Source of the DNA: Candidatus Latescibacterota bacterium
Lineage (GTDB): Bacteria > Latescibacterota > UBA2968 > GCA-2709665
NCBI GenBank assembly: GCA_965219455.1
Contig: OZ244744.1
Coordinates: 1,632,001 to 1,696,000, forward strand
DNA length: 64,000 nt
Reading direction: 5' to 3'
A program made the position numbers and the translations under genes. The notes beneath the pieces were generated by a model. The model searched no databases, was not told the origin of the DNA, and was given only the letters and a program-made list of their open reading frames with translations. Below are positions 1 to 10,194 of the stretch, one piece after another. The stretch's first letter is position 1. Each line of letters opens with the position of its first letter.

Positions 1-237
1 TGCGCCGTCGATGCTGAAGATGCTTTCGCATTCGACCCGGATATCGACGCCGAGCGCTGAAAGCGCGCCGGCCATATACCGGGTGTCATCGCTTTCGAGG
101 GCGCCGGCAAGGCGGCTCCGGCCGTTGGCCAGCGCCGCGATCAACAGCGCCCGGTTGGTGTAGGACTTGGACCCGGGTACGGACACGTCGGCGTCGACGG
201 GATGGCGGAGCGGGCGGATTTCCAGATTTTCGGACAT
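1..237 (-). CDS. aroA: 3-phosphoshikimate 1-carboxyvinyltransferase (EPSP synthase), 5' part; runs off the window start
   Basis: Manual translation from ATG at 237: [55 protein letters not shown], containing the AroA VPGSKS..NRAL and L.SDDT motifs. Not in the ORF track because it is truncated. Confidence 0.93.
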   Translation of the reverse strand, partial: MSENLEIRPLRHPVDADVSVPGSKSYTNRALLIAALANGRSRLAGALESDDTRYMAGALSALGVDIRVECESIFSIDGA

Positions 238-524
238 GATCAGGACTCTTGAATCAGTGACGGGAGTCGTGGCGACTTCATTCCGGCTTGAAATAAGGTA
301 CCGCAATAGCGAGGGAAGTTCAATTGAAAAACGCTCCCCGGAAACGGGACCGCCGCGCCGGGGAGTCCGTATAGTTCGCGGCGATCCTCGCTATCAAGTG
401 CTGCGAGAGATCCTGGTTCCCGGCTTTCGCCGGTCCATTTTCCTGACACCGTTGCCTTTCGTGCCCGTCGTTCCCGTAGTCTGTTCCAGGCGGTCTTCGG
501 CACGCCAACCTGTCAATCCGTCGC

Positions 525-553
525 TTGACTTTTTGTTGAGCCGGAAGTAAGAT
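525..553 (+). promoter_or_regulatory. Putative sigma70 promoter of dnaE
   Basis: TTGACT-17 nt-TAAGAT, about 155 bp upstream of the dnaE start. Confidence 0.5.
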
Positions 554-707
554 TATACCACTCTGAGATTTCCGTACCCGCCGCGCCACTGGCGCCCGCG
601 CGTATCGAGTTTTTCCCCTCCGCCTCCGGATGTTCCCCGCTTTCCCCAGGCGGCGTTTACTTTCCTGAATAAGACCTGTCCAACCGTCACACTCGGAGAA
701 CCTTACG

Positions 708-3700
708 GTGGCCGAATTCGTGCATCTCCATAGCCACAGCATGTACAGCCTCCTGGACGGCGCCTGCAAAATTGACAAGCTGGCGACAAGGGCCGCCGAG
801 TGGGGTATGCCCGCGGCGGCCATTACCGACCACGGCAATCTCTTTGGAGCCGTGGATTTTTACCGGGCAATGAAAGAGGTGGACGTCAAGCCCATTATCG
901 GATGCGAAGTGTATTGTGCGATCGGAAGCCGGTTCGAGAAAAAGCCGGCCCGAGGCGTCCCCAGCGGATCAAACCATCTGGTGCTTCTGGCAAAGAACAC
1001 ACGCGGGTACTACAACCTGGTAAAGCTGGTCTCGGCCGGCTACATGGAAGGGTTTTACTATCATCCCAGAATCGACAAGGAACTGTTGCGGGAACACTCG
1101 GAGGGTCTGGTCTGTCTGTCGGGATGCCTGAGCGGTGAGGTCCCTCATCTCATCGAGCGCGAGGGCGTGCCCGCCGCGATGTCCGCAGTGGAAGAATTTC
1201 TCGACATCTTCGGCGAAGACTATTACCTGGAAATCCAGCGCCATGGCATCGATAGAGAGCCCAGAATCAACGACGGACTGATTCGGCTTCACCGTGAAAT
1301 GGGGGTGCCGCTCGTAGCAACGAACGACTCCCATTTCCTGGGAGCGGACGATCACGAAGCACACGCCGTTCTCGTGGCTCTACAGACCGGGAAGACCCTC
1401 AACGATCCCGGCAGGATGTGTTATCCGACAGACGTCTACTTCAAGTCCGCGGATGAGATGCACACGCTCTTTTCGGATATACCCCATGCCGTGGAGCGGA
1501 CACTGGAGATAGCCGAAAAAAGCAATATAGAACTCGCGTTCGGAGACTACCTTGCGCCCGAGTTTCCATTGCCCGCAGAGTTCAAGTCGGCCGACGAATA
1601 CCTCAAACATCTCGCCCGGGAGGGTCTGGAAAGACGATTCGATTCAATTTCGCCGGACTTGCACAAGCGGCTGGAATTCGAACTGGACCTGATTGTAAGC
1701 AAGGGACTCGCGGGATATTTCCTCATCGTCTGGGATTACGTCAATTATGCAAAGGGGCACGGAATCTCGGTGGGGCCGGGCCGGGGCTCCTGCGCCGGAA
1801 GCCTGGCGGCGTATGCGCTGCGGATAACCGACCTGGATCCGATAAAGTACAATCTGCTGTTCGAGCGGTTTCTCAACCCCGAACGCGTGAGCCTGCCCGA
1901 CATCGATATCGATTTTTCCGACAAAAAACGTGACCACGTGATTAAATACGTATCCGAAAAGTACGGCGAGCGCAATGTCTGCCAGATTATCACGTTTGGG
2001 ACCATGAAGGCGAAGGCGGCGATCAGGGACGTGGGCCGCGTACATGATATGTCATTCGGCGAGGTCGACCGGATTGCCAAGCTGGTGCCCAACGACTTGA
2101 AGATGACGCTGGACAAGGCAATTCAACAGGTTCCGGAATTGAAAAAGATGGCCGACGGCGGCGGCCCCGAAGCGCATTTGATCCGGCATGCCCGGGCCCT
2201 GGAGGGGCTGGCGCGGCACGCGTCGGTGCATGCCGCAGCGGTGATTATCGCACCGGACGATTTGACGAATTTCGTGCCGCTCTACAAAGCCCCGAAAGAC
2301 GGCAAAGTGACCACCCAGTTCGACGGGCCGACCTGTGAGGATATCGGGCTTCTGAAAATGGACTTCCTGGGCCTCAAGGAACTTTCACTTGCCGACGAGA
2401 CTGTGGATCTGATTAAGAAAAAGGATCCGGCGTTTGACCTGACAAAAATCCCTGAAGACGACAAAAAGACCCTGGATCTGTTCGGACGCGGCGAGACCGT
2501 GGGCGTATTCCAGTTTGAAAGCCCCGGAATGCGGGAATATCTGGTGCAGCTGAAGCCCGATTGCATCGAAGACATCATCGCGATGAACGCCCTCTACCGC
2601 CCGGGGCCGATGCAGTATATCCCGAACTTTGTTGCACGCAAGCATGGAAATGAAGAGGTGGTCTACGACCATCCGAAAATGGAGCCCATCCTGAAGGATA
2701 CGTACGGGATCATGGTGTACCAGGAGCAGGTGATGCAGATTGTGCAGGTCCTGGCCGGGTTCAGCCTCGGCCAGGCCGATATCCTTCGCGACGCAATGGG
2801 TAAGAAAAAGCCCGAAGAAATGGCGCTGCAGAAGGACGCGTTTATCGGCGGGTGCAAAACGCACGGTGTGGATCTGAATCTCGCCCAGAAGATTTTCGCC
2901 GATATCCAAGTGTTCGCAGGATACGCGTTTCCGAAAGCGCACGCGGCGGCATACGCGGTTGTCGCATACCGAAACGCCTACCTCAAGGCGAATTATTCTC
3001 AGGAATATATGGCCGCCAGCCTGAACGGCGAGATCGGCAATATTGAGAGAATGGTGGTTGTGATCGAAGAATGCCGGCGAATGAAGCTGGAGGTCCTGCC
3101 ACCCGACGTGAATACGTCCTACGTGGATTTCGTGGCTTCAGAAACGGCAATTCTGATGGGAATGGCGGCGGTACGAAACGTGGGTCGTGGCGCCGTCGAA
3201 GCCATTGTGACTGCAAGGGAAACTGACGGACCGTTCAGTTCGCTGTTCGAGTTCTGCGAACGCGTGGATTTGCGTGCGGTAAACCGGCGGGCCATCGAGA
3301 GCCTTACCTGCGCCGGAGCTATGGATCGCCTGGTCGGGCATCGGTCACAGCTTCTGCAAGGCCTCGACCGTGCTCTCGACGCGGGGCAGTCCGCGCAGGC
3401 GGCCCGGCAGCGACGTCAGATTTCGCTTTTCGACATAGAAGCCCTTGCAGACCAGACGGCGGTTATCAACAACCACGTGCTTCCAGACGAGCCGGAGTGG
3501 ACGGAACGTGAACGGCTGGCACACGAAAAGGACATGCTTGGGTTTTATCTCTCCGGACATCCGCTGGAAAGGTACCGGGCGGATCTGGTCGGGCTGGGCA
3601 TTCGTTCGTCGCAGGATGTGGGTACGTTGCCGGATGGCGCGGACGTCAAACTTGGTGGGCTGATTTCCGAAACAAGGTCGCATACCGACCGAAACGGACG

Positions 3701-4142
3701 GCCGATGGCGTTCGGCACCATAGAGGATCTGGATGGCGCCGTGGATCTGGTCGTGTTTCCCGATACGTTCGAAAGAGTCAAGGCTGTGTTTGTGACCGAC
3801 GCGATGGTGGTGATCCAGGGTCGGCTCTCCGGACGCAACGGTCGACAATCGCTGCGGGTGGAGAAGGTTCTGTCGATGGAGCACGCGAGAGAGGCGCTTG
3901 CAGACGCACTGAATGTAAAGCTTCCCGAGGAGATGCTGGATCCGGAGCCAATGGAACAACTGAAAGCGATACTGGAGGGTCACAGGGGCGGGTGTACACT
4001 CTATTTGCATCTCGAACTGGGCGATGGAAAAACGGAGGTCATTCGTTCCCGGGCACTTACTGTGGCGCCCTCTGACGCGTTGATATCGGAAATCGGCGCG
4101 TTTCTGGGAGAAAGACGCGCCTGGGTATCCCAGAAATCCTGA
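708..4142 (+). CDS. dnaE: DNA polymerase III alpha subunit
   Basis: 1144 aa; PHP motif FVHLHSHSMYSLLDG, GPGRGSCAGS, PDIDIDF, GLLKMDFLGL, C-terminal OB fold. Confidence 0.98.
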   Translation: MAEFVHLHSHSMYSLLDGACKIDKLATRAAEWGMPAAAITDHGNLFGAVDFYRAMKEVDVKPIIGCEVYCAIGSRFEKKPARGVPSGSNHLVLLAKNTRGYYNLVKLVSAGYMEGFYYHPRIDKELLREHSEGLVCLSGCLSGEVPHLIEREGVPAAMSAVEEFLDIFGEDYYLEIQRHGIDREPRINDGLIRLHREMGVPLVATNDSHFLGADDHEAHAVLVALQTGKTLNDPGRMCYPTDVYFKSADEMHTLFSDIPHAVERTLEIAEKSNIELAFGDYLAPEFPLPAEFKSADEYLKHLAREGLERRFDSISPDLHKRLEFELDLIVSKGLAGYFLIVWDYVNYAKGHGISVGPGRGSCAGSLAAYALRITDLDPIKYNLLFERFLNPERVSLPDIDIDFSDKKRDHVIKYVSEKYGERNVCQIITFGTMKAKAAIRDVGRVHDMSFGEVDRIAKLVPNDLKMTLDKAIQQVPELKKMADGGGPEAHLIRHARALEGLARHASVHAAAVIIAPDDLTNFVPLYKAPKDGKVTTQFDGPTCEDIGLLKMDFLGLKELSLADETVDLIKKKDPAFDLTKIPEDDKKTLDLFGRGETVGVFQFESPGMREYLVQLKPDCIEDIIAMNALYRPGPMQYIPNFVARKHGNEEVVYDHPKMEPILKDTYGIMVYQEQVMQIVQVLAGFSLGQADILRDAMGKKKPEEMALQKDAFIGGCKTHGVDLNLAQKIFADIQVFAGYAFPKAHAAAYAVVAYRNAYLKANYSQEYMAASLNGEIGNIERMVVVIEECRRMKLEVLPPDVNTSYVDFVASETAILMGMAAVRNVGRGAVEAIVTARETDGPFSSLFEFCERVDLRAVNRRAIESLTCAGAMDRLVGHRSQLLQGLDRALDAGQSAQAARQRRQISLFDIEALADQTAVINNHVLPDEPEWTERERLAHEKDMLGFYLSGHPLERYRADLVGLGIRSSQDVGTLPDGADVKLGGLISETRSHTDRNGRPMAFGTIEDLDGAVDLVVFPDTFERVKAVFVTDAMVVIQGRLSGRNGRQSLRVEKVLSMEHAREALADALNVKLPEEMLDPEPMEQLKAILEGHRGGCTLYLHLELGDGKTEVIRSRALTVAPSDALISEIGAFLGERRAWVSQKS

Positions 4143-4234
4143 GAGCGTAGCATCCCGACGGTCCGGCTTCAGGTCGGCATTTGGGGTAGTCTGTAGATAT
4201 TATAGACGTGCTTGGCCGCGTAGGAGGAAAACTC

Positions 4235-4261
4235 AAAAGGCGACCGTAGGGTCGCCTTTTT
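4235..4261. terminator. Bidirectional intrinsic terminator between convergent dnaE and rodA
   Basis: AAAAGGCGACC-GTAG-GGTCGCCTTTTT. Confidence 0.85.
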
Positions 4262-4291
4262 CACGTACAAAATATGTCTTCCGGACGTCTT

Positions 4292-5512
4292 CTAGTAATA
4301 TTCATGCCGGTAAGCATAAATGTTGAGCAGCAGGCCAGCGAGTATCAGATTGACCACGAGTTGCGAGCCCCCGTAGCTGAAATACGGTAGCGGCAGGCCG
4401 GTAACCGGCACCACGCCGACGGTCATGCCTATATTGACAAAAACGTGGAAGATCAGCATGGAAGCCAGACCGATGGCAACCAGACTGGAAAAACGGCTCT
4501 TGACAAGACCGGCGATATGGACGGCGCGCCAAATGATCAGAAAAAATATGGCGAGCACGAGTAAGGCGCCTGCGAAACCGAACTCCTCACCTATAACGGA
4601 AAAAACAAAATCGGTATGTTGTTCGGGAAGGAAGGAGAGTTTGGTCTGGGTACCCTGCAGGTATCCTTTTCCGTTGAGGCCCCCCGAGCCAATTGCCACC
4701 TTGGATTGCATGACCTGGTAGCCCGCGCCGAGCTTGTCCATGTCCGGATTCAAGAAGGTCAGAATCCGCCGGCGCTGGTAATCGTGCAGTTTGTTTTCCC
4801 AGAGATAAGGCGCGCCGACCGCGACTGCGAGATTGACCACGACAATGGCAGTCGTCATCAATCGACCTGGTCGTACCAGAAAAACAACGCCCGCGATCAT
4901 CAGAACAAGGATAACAAGCGCCACGTAGTGGAAGGCGCAGATCACGCTCAAAAAAGGTGAAATCAGGATAAACAGAACAATGGGTCTCATGCCGGCCCAG
5001 TAGAACATAGGCAGAAGTACGGAGACGAAAACCAGCGCCGTGCCCAGGTCGGGCTGCCTAAATACCAGAACCGCCGGAATCAATACCAGAAGAAACGGCA
5101 TGACCAGTGCGCGGGGCCGGTCCAGATTCAGGTTGCGCGCGGAGAGGTATCTTGCCAGAGCCAGAATGGTTGCGATTTTGGCCAATTCCGACGGCTGCAT
5201 ATGTAACGGACCCAGATCGAACCAGCGTTGTTCCCCGAAAAACAGAACCAGCACGAGCAGACAGATTGAGACACCATACAGAACATAGGCAAAGGCATAA
5301 TAATACCTGGGTGGGACGAACAGGGTAAGCAGAAGGGCGCCGAGGGCAAACGCGCTCCAGATGATCTGCCTCTCGTAGATCCTACCGGCAGTGCCCTGTT
5401 CCCAGTTGTACGTGGCGCTGTAAATCGCACCAATCCCGAACAGTGTGGCAAGAACAACCGAAAGCAGCAGCGGCAGATCAAGTTCTTGTTTTAGAAAACG
5501 GGAAAAAACCAC
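4292..5512 (-). CDS. rodA: Rod shape-determining SEDS glycosyltransferase RodA
   Basis: QPSELAK, QPDLGT, GYQVMQSKVAIGSGG, LPEQHTDFVF, VPVTGLPLPYFSYGGS; directly downstream of mrdA. Confidence 0.95.
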   Translation of the reverse strand: MVFSRFLKQELDLPLLLSVVLATLFGIGAIYSATYNWEQGTAGRIYERQIIWSAFALGALLLTLFVPPRYYYAFAYVLYGVSICLLVLVLFFGEQRWFDLGPLHMQPSELAKIATILALARYLSARNLNLDRPRALVMPFLLVLIPAVLVFRQPDLGTALVFVSVLLPMFYWAGMRPIVLFILISPFLSVICAFHYVALVILVLMIAGVVFLVRPGRLMTTAIVVVNLAVAVGAPYLWENKLHDYQRRRILTFLNPDMDKLGAGYQVMQSKVAIGSGGLNGKGYLQGTQTKLSFLPEQHTDFVFSVIGEEFGFAGALLVLAIFFLIIWRAVHIAGLVKSRFSSLVAIGLASMLIFHVFVNIGMTVGVVPVTGLPLPYFSYGGSQLVVNLILAGLLLNIYAYRHEYY

Positions 5513-5601
5513 ACGGAGATTCCTTTGATACGTGAGCTGGGAAATGGATTTCCAGGCTTGAGTCGGTCGAATGGACCTGGTGTCCCGTCCCAGAACACTG
5601 G

Positions 5602-7494
5602 CTATCGCAGGACGACAGCGGGGGTTGTATTGCCCGCTGGCGCGGGCTTGGAGTCGTTAGCTGCCGGAGATGTTTCGGAGTCAAACTGCGCGGCTACGAT
5701 GATGTCGGATTTCTGTTTCGGCCTCGCCAGGTCAAAATACGTTTCCAGAACACGTCCCGCGATCGGGGCGGCCACCGCGCCGCCATGGCCTGCGTTTTCG
5801 ACCACGACGGCGACCACGATTTCAGGATGATGGGCCGGAGCGAGGGCGGTGAACCAAGCGTGGTCTTCGCCGTGGGAGTTCTGCGCTGTACCGGTTTTGC
5901 CGGCCACACGCACGCCTTCCACCCGGGCGCGTTTTCCGGTACCGTACGGATCCTCGACAACATCCAGCATGATGCTTCGTATCGTCTTCAGAGTCTGGGC
6001 GGATATCTGAACCGGCGTGGACTCGGGCGCTGTGTTTTTCAGAACATGGGGTCGGGGTAGCTTACCGACGGCGAGGGCGCTGACGTAACGGGCAATCTGG
6101 ACGGGCGTCACGGAGGTCTCGCCCTGTCCGATTGTCAGATTCAGCATGTACCCCTCCGCCCAGTGTCCATATCGTTCCTTATAGTACGAACGGTCGGTAA
6201 CCAGGCCGGCGGCCTCGCCGTCGCCACCGGCAGCGATGTCGATCCCAGTGGGTTGACCGAATCCAAGCATCCTGGTGTAGCGACTCCAGTTGGTAATGCC
6301 CACCTTGCGCCCCAACTGGTAAAAGTAGACGTCGCAGGACCGGATGAGCGCCCCTCGCAGCGAAAGCCGTCCACACCCTGTGGCTTTATGGCACCGGAAT
6401 ACTCGGTCTCCGAACTTCAATCTGCCCCTGCAGGACCTGTAACGCGCCGTTTCCGAATCGATCAGGCCCGTTTCGAGGCCGGCAATCGCCGTGATCATCT
6501 TGAACACCGAGGCAGGCGGGTATTCGCCCTGGATGCTTCGGTTCAGCAGGGGATTTGACGTGTCGCCCTGAAGGGTCCGCCATTGGCGCAAGTTGCGGAT
6601 AGACCGCGGATGAAACCCGGGTTTGCTGACTATAGCGAGGATCTCTCCATTGTTCGGATCCATCGCTACCAGGCTGCCTCTCAACGAATCGGCAAACGCA
6701 AGCTCCGCCGCCTGCTGCAATCGCCAGTCCAGGGTCAGCAGAATGTCATTGCCCCGAATGGGCGGAATTGTCTTTTCGGGAAAGCTGCCGACCTCCCTGC
6801 CGAAGGCGTTGACCTCGATGAATTTTATGCCTTCCCGGCCCCTCAGCACCGCCTCGCACAGGCGCTCGACGCCCCGTTTGCCGATCTGGTCGTCCAAACG
6901 GTACCCCATCTCCCGCTTCCGCTGATAGGTCTCCGCGTCAATCAGGCCGACATATCCGACAATATGAGGCGCCAGGGGGAGGCCGCCATTGAAGCTCAGA
7001 TATCCTCTCCGTGCTTCATACTGTATTTCCACACCGGGCAAATCGTGGCGTTCTTCTTCCACGACAGACACGATGTTGAATCCAACGTCTCGTGTGAGTC
7101 TTACCGGCTCGTGGAATCGACGGCTTCGGTTCGCGAGTTTTCGGTTGATGCGTTGAACCGGCAATCCCGCAACCTGGCTGAGGCGGTTGACCACGTACTC
7201 CCGAACCGTCGGATCGGTATTTCGTCGCAGTCGCTGTGGCAGCACCGAGATGGTGTACGAGGGGCGATTGTCTACGAGCACGACGCCATTGCGATCCCGT
7301 ATAAGACCGCGGCCGGCTTCGATGGGCACGACCTGCATCGTATTTTTCTTGGATTGGATGCGGTAGCGTTCGCTGTCTGCAATCTGCAGCCGAAACACCC
7401 CTACAAACAGAACGGCGAACAGAACGATCACCACCGACATCATCCATCGCGCACGGGCTTTCCGAAAGCCATTATCCATAAAGTCGTCGTGCAT
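5602..7494 (-). CDS. mrdA: Penicillin-binding protein 2
   Basis: N-terminal TM, RGLIRDRNG, YPPASVFK (SxxK), SCD(V) at the SxN position, KTGT. Start 7494 or 7479. Confidence 0.93.
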   Translation of the reverse strand: MHDDFMDNGFRKARARWMMSVVIVLFAVLFVGVFRLQIADSERYRIQSKKNTMQVVPIEAGRGLIRDRNGVVLVDNRPSYTISVLPQRLRRNTDPTVREYVVNRLSQVAGLPVQRINRKLANRSRRFHEPVRLTRDVGFNIVSVVEEERHDLPGVEIQYEARRGYLSFNGGLPLAPHIVGYVGLIDAETYQRKREMGYRLDDQIGKRGVERLCEAVLRGREGIKFIEVNAFGREVGSFPEKTIPPIRGNDILLTLDWRLQQAAELAFADSLRGSLVAMDPNNGEILAIVSKPGFHPRSIRNLRQWRTLQGDTSNPLLNRSIQGEYPPASVFKMITAIAGLETGLIDSETARYRSCRGRLKFGDRVFRCHKATGCGRLSLRGALIRSCDVYFYQLGRKVGITNWSRYTRMLGFGQPTGIDIAAGGDGEAAGLVTDRSYYKERYGHWAEGYMLNLTIGQGETSVTPVQIARYVSALAVGKLPRPHVLKNTAPESTPVQISAQTLKTIRSIMLDVVEDPYGTGKRARVEGVRVAGKTGTAQNSHGEDHAWFTALAPAHHPEIVVAVVVENAGHGGAVAAPIAGRVLETYFDLARPKQKSDIIVAAQFDSETSPAANDSKPAPAGNTTPAVVLR

Positions 7495-7981
7495 CGAGGT
7501 AAATTCCCTTGTTGAAGCGAATGGACAATACCAACGAAATGCCGACTCCAACGACTGCCGTGTAAAATGCCGTCCCGATCCCGAACCGGACGATTAAACC
7601 GAAGATCGCGTCCGGATTCGAGAAGACGTTAGCGAACAGAAAATAGATCAGATCGTGAAGCAGAACCGCCAGGAACAGGATTAGGGCCTGCACGCGGAAA
7701 TCTTCGGCACTGACGCCCGTCCGGAATTGACCGACGGAGAACCCAACAACGCTGTTTGCCAGTGCGTTGATGCCCATCGTCTCGGGACTGTAGACATCCA
7801 GCAGGAAGCCGGATGCGAATCCGTACAGGGTGCCTTCAATCTGCCCGCCGCTTATGCCCAGGTAAACCAGCACGATGATGACAATATCGGGGCCGATACC
7901 CAGAATTCGGACCGAATGCGCCCAGGAGGTCTGAATAAGCAGCGCCAGGGCGATGAGCAGAAGGTCTCGAACGATTTTCAT
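7472..7981 (-). CDS. mreD: Rod shape-determining protein MreD
   Basis: 169-aa hydrophobic protein with PD..ii and G...GF..G.LLD motifs, overlapping the mrdA start. Confidence 0.88.
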   Translation of the reverse strand: MKIVRDLLLIALALLIQTSWAHSVRILGIGPDIVIIVLVYLGISGGQIEGTLYGFASGFLLDVYSPETMGINALANSVVGFSVGQFRTGVSAEDFRVQALILFLAVLLHDLIYFLFANVFSNPDAIFGLIVRFGIGTAFYTAVVGVGISLVLSIRFNKGIYLDARRLYG

Positions 7982-8026
7982 GGGCGACGGATGGGGCGCA
8001 TGCTCCCTTTAATCTTGGCTGTTGAC

Positions 8027-9886
8027 TCAGTCGACCGCCTGGAAACCGGATGGGCGAATCAGAAGCCGGACGCCCACCCTCAGGCTTCCGGGTTTCCGGA
8101 TACGGTTCCATTTCTTGAGGTCGTTGACGCGGATGCGAAAACTGCGGGCGATGTCCCAAAGCGTATCCCCGCGCCGCACAACGTAGAAGTCGCCGCGACG
8201 CAGGTCCGAACGATCGGCCAGGACAACCTGGGGCGTCTGCGGCCTCCAGATTTCCAGACGGTCGCCGGGCGTTATATGCTTTTTTAGCCTGTTCCACGCC
8301 CGGATCTGATTCGGGGTGACCCCATACCGCCGTCCGATTCCCCACAGGGTGTCCCCCTTCCTTACCCGGTACGCGACTTTCCGGTGCGTGTCCGGATCGG
8401 GCGTCGACGCGACGCGCGCAAGGTTTCTTGCCGCACGCCTGGATTTGCCATTCGGAAAGATCGGGATCTTCAGCAGCGTGCCCACGCGTACGCGCCTGGG
8501 ATTCGATATATTGTTGGCCTCGAGCACCGTGCGAGTTGAAACACCGTAGTCTTTTGCTATGGCGGATGGCGTATCTCCGTAGCGCACCCGGTATTCAACC
8601 ATTCCACCCTTCCGGTCGGCGGGAATTCGGGCATAGTTGACTTTGAACCTGTCGGCGGTTCCAGTCGGAATTCTAAGTTCATAGGGTCCGCGCAACGAAG
8701 GCGGCGTGTAACCTGACCGGAGTTCGGGATTGAGACTGCGCATTCGCTCGTAAGTCGTTCCTGCGCATTCGGCGGCTACCCGAAGGGACACACATTCCGA
8801 AATGGATACGACGTCGAATTTTCGCGGCACCTGATAGACCACGTCGTGGAAACCGAACCACTCAGGATCTCTGGAGATGATCAGGGCCGCCATGAATCGC
8901 GGTACATGTCGCCGCGTTTCCCTGGGCAAGCCCCTCAGTTTCCAGAAATCGTTCGTTCCGGAGCGCTGAATAATGCGTTGGAGACGACCCTGCCCGCAGT
9001 TGTACGCGGCAATCACAAGGCGCCAGTCGTCGAACAACTCGTAGAGGTGATGGATATGCCGGATTGCCGCACGCGTCGATTTTTCCGGATCCCGGCGTTC
9101 ATCGATCCAGCTGTTGTTCTTGAGACTGTAAAGCCGCGCCGTGCCTCTCACGAACTGCCAGATTCCAGCGGCCCTGGCCCGCGAAAAGGCTCTCGGGTTG
9201 AAGCCACTTTCGATCATCGCCTTATAAACCAGATCCTCCGGCAGACCCGCTTCACGCAGGGCCTTTCGAATCATAGGGACATAGAGAGGTGAACGTGAAA
9301 GCCAGGCCTTGAACGCCTTCCGGGCCGTAGTCTGGAAATAACGGATTGTCTTGACGACCTCGGAATTGTAGTCCACGGGAACATCGGCGGAGCCTGCCAG
9401 CTTGCGCACATATAGTTCTCTGTAGTGAACGTCATCGCGCAAGCGTGAAAGGAGACTGTCGGGGATGGTTTCGAGCAGCCGCGACATAACGGAGTTTGGC
9501 CGTACGAGCGCGGACGGCGGTAGCATTTCCCGATAGCGCTTGAGGGTCGCGCGAAGCAATTCAAGGTGACGCCCCGGCGGAAGGGTTCTGGTTACGGTGG
9601 AATCGGTGAGCAGAATGCACACGCGTTCCACGGAAAACGCCGCGTTATCGAGCCGGGCTTTTTCCAGTTCCTCTACGGACCGCCGGAGCCGATCGCCGTT
9701 CGGCGGCGGGCGGTCCGTCTTGACCGCCGTGGAATCCTCGATAGTCTTCGGCGCCTTCCCGGACAGGACCGGTGCTTCCGCTTCGGGAAATGTCGCAACC
9801 TGTGTCGTGGTTGAACATCCCGGGAGCAGAAACAGAAGGAGCAGGCTGCAAAACGCGATGCTCAGGGACAGCGGGCTAACTTTCAT
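8027..9886 (-). CDS. MltD-like lytic murein transglycosylase lipoprotein with LysM domains
   Basis: Lipobox LPGC; SLT motifs MIESGFNPRA, AGIWQF, AAYNCG, ETRRHVP; three LysM repeats (YRVRYGDT, YRVRKGDTLW, YVVRRGDTLW). Start reassigned to ATG 9886. Confidence 0.9.
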   Translation of the reverse strand: MKVSPLSLSIAFCSLLLLFLLPGCSTTTQVATFPEAEAPVLSGKAPKTIEDSTAVKTDRPPPNGDRLRRSVEELEKARLDNAAFSVERVCILLTDSTVTRTLPPGRHLELLRATLKRYREMLPPSALVRPNSVMSRLLETIPDSLLSRLRDDVHYRELYVRKLAGSADVPVDYNSEVVKTIRYFQTTARKAFKAWLSRSPLYVPMIRKALREAGLPEDLVYKAMIESGFNPRAFSRARAAGIWQFVRGTARLYSLKNNSWIDERRDPEKSTRAAIRHIHHLYELFDDWRLVIAAYNCGQGRLQRIIQRSGTNDFWKLRGLPRETRRHVPRFMAALIISRDPEWFGFHDVVYQVPRKFDVVSISECVSLRVAAECAGTTYERMRSLNPELRSGYTPPSLRGPYELRIPTGTADRFKVNYARIPADRKGGMVEYRVRYGDTPSAIAKDYGVSTRTVLEANNISNPRRVRVGTLLKIPIFPNGKSRRAARNLARVASTPDPDTHRKVAYRVRKGDTLWGIGRRYGVTPNQIRAWNRLKKHITPGDRLEIWRPQTPQVVLADRSDLRRGDFYVVRRGDTLWDIARSFRIRVNDLKKWNRIRKPGSLRVGVRLLIRPSGFQAVD

Positions 9887-10026
9887 CGGCACTATCAGTC
9901 CGTTGAAAAAGTCGCTCTGCAGGCGAGGCCGAGCCGAATCCTGGGATTCGGGGAGGGAGCGCAACGCAGGCCTACCTTCACGGCGGTCAATGCAACAGAA
10001 CCGCTCGCGGTCAACGCCGTACGCGT

Positions 10027-10194
10027 CTAGTGTCCTGTCCCAAAAATATCTCACCATTCTCCCGCCGATTCATCCCGTCTCGCTGCGTTGCTTCGCTCGC
10101 CGACCTTACGCAGGTCGCCTGCGCACGGGCGCCTTGCGACTCAGGCGACTCGTCGGCCGAATTTAGCCAACCTATTTCCGGGACAGAACACTAG
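10027..10194. mobile_element. MITE (~160 bp) flanked by CTAG
   Basis: Imperfect TIRs CTAGTGTCCTGTCCCAAAAATA / TATTTCCGGGACAGAACACTAG; no ORF. Confidence 0.75.
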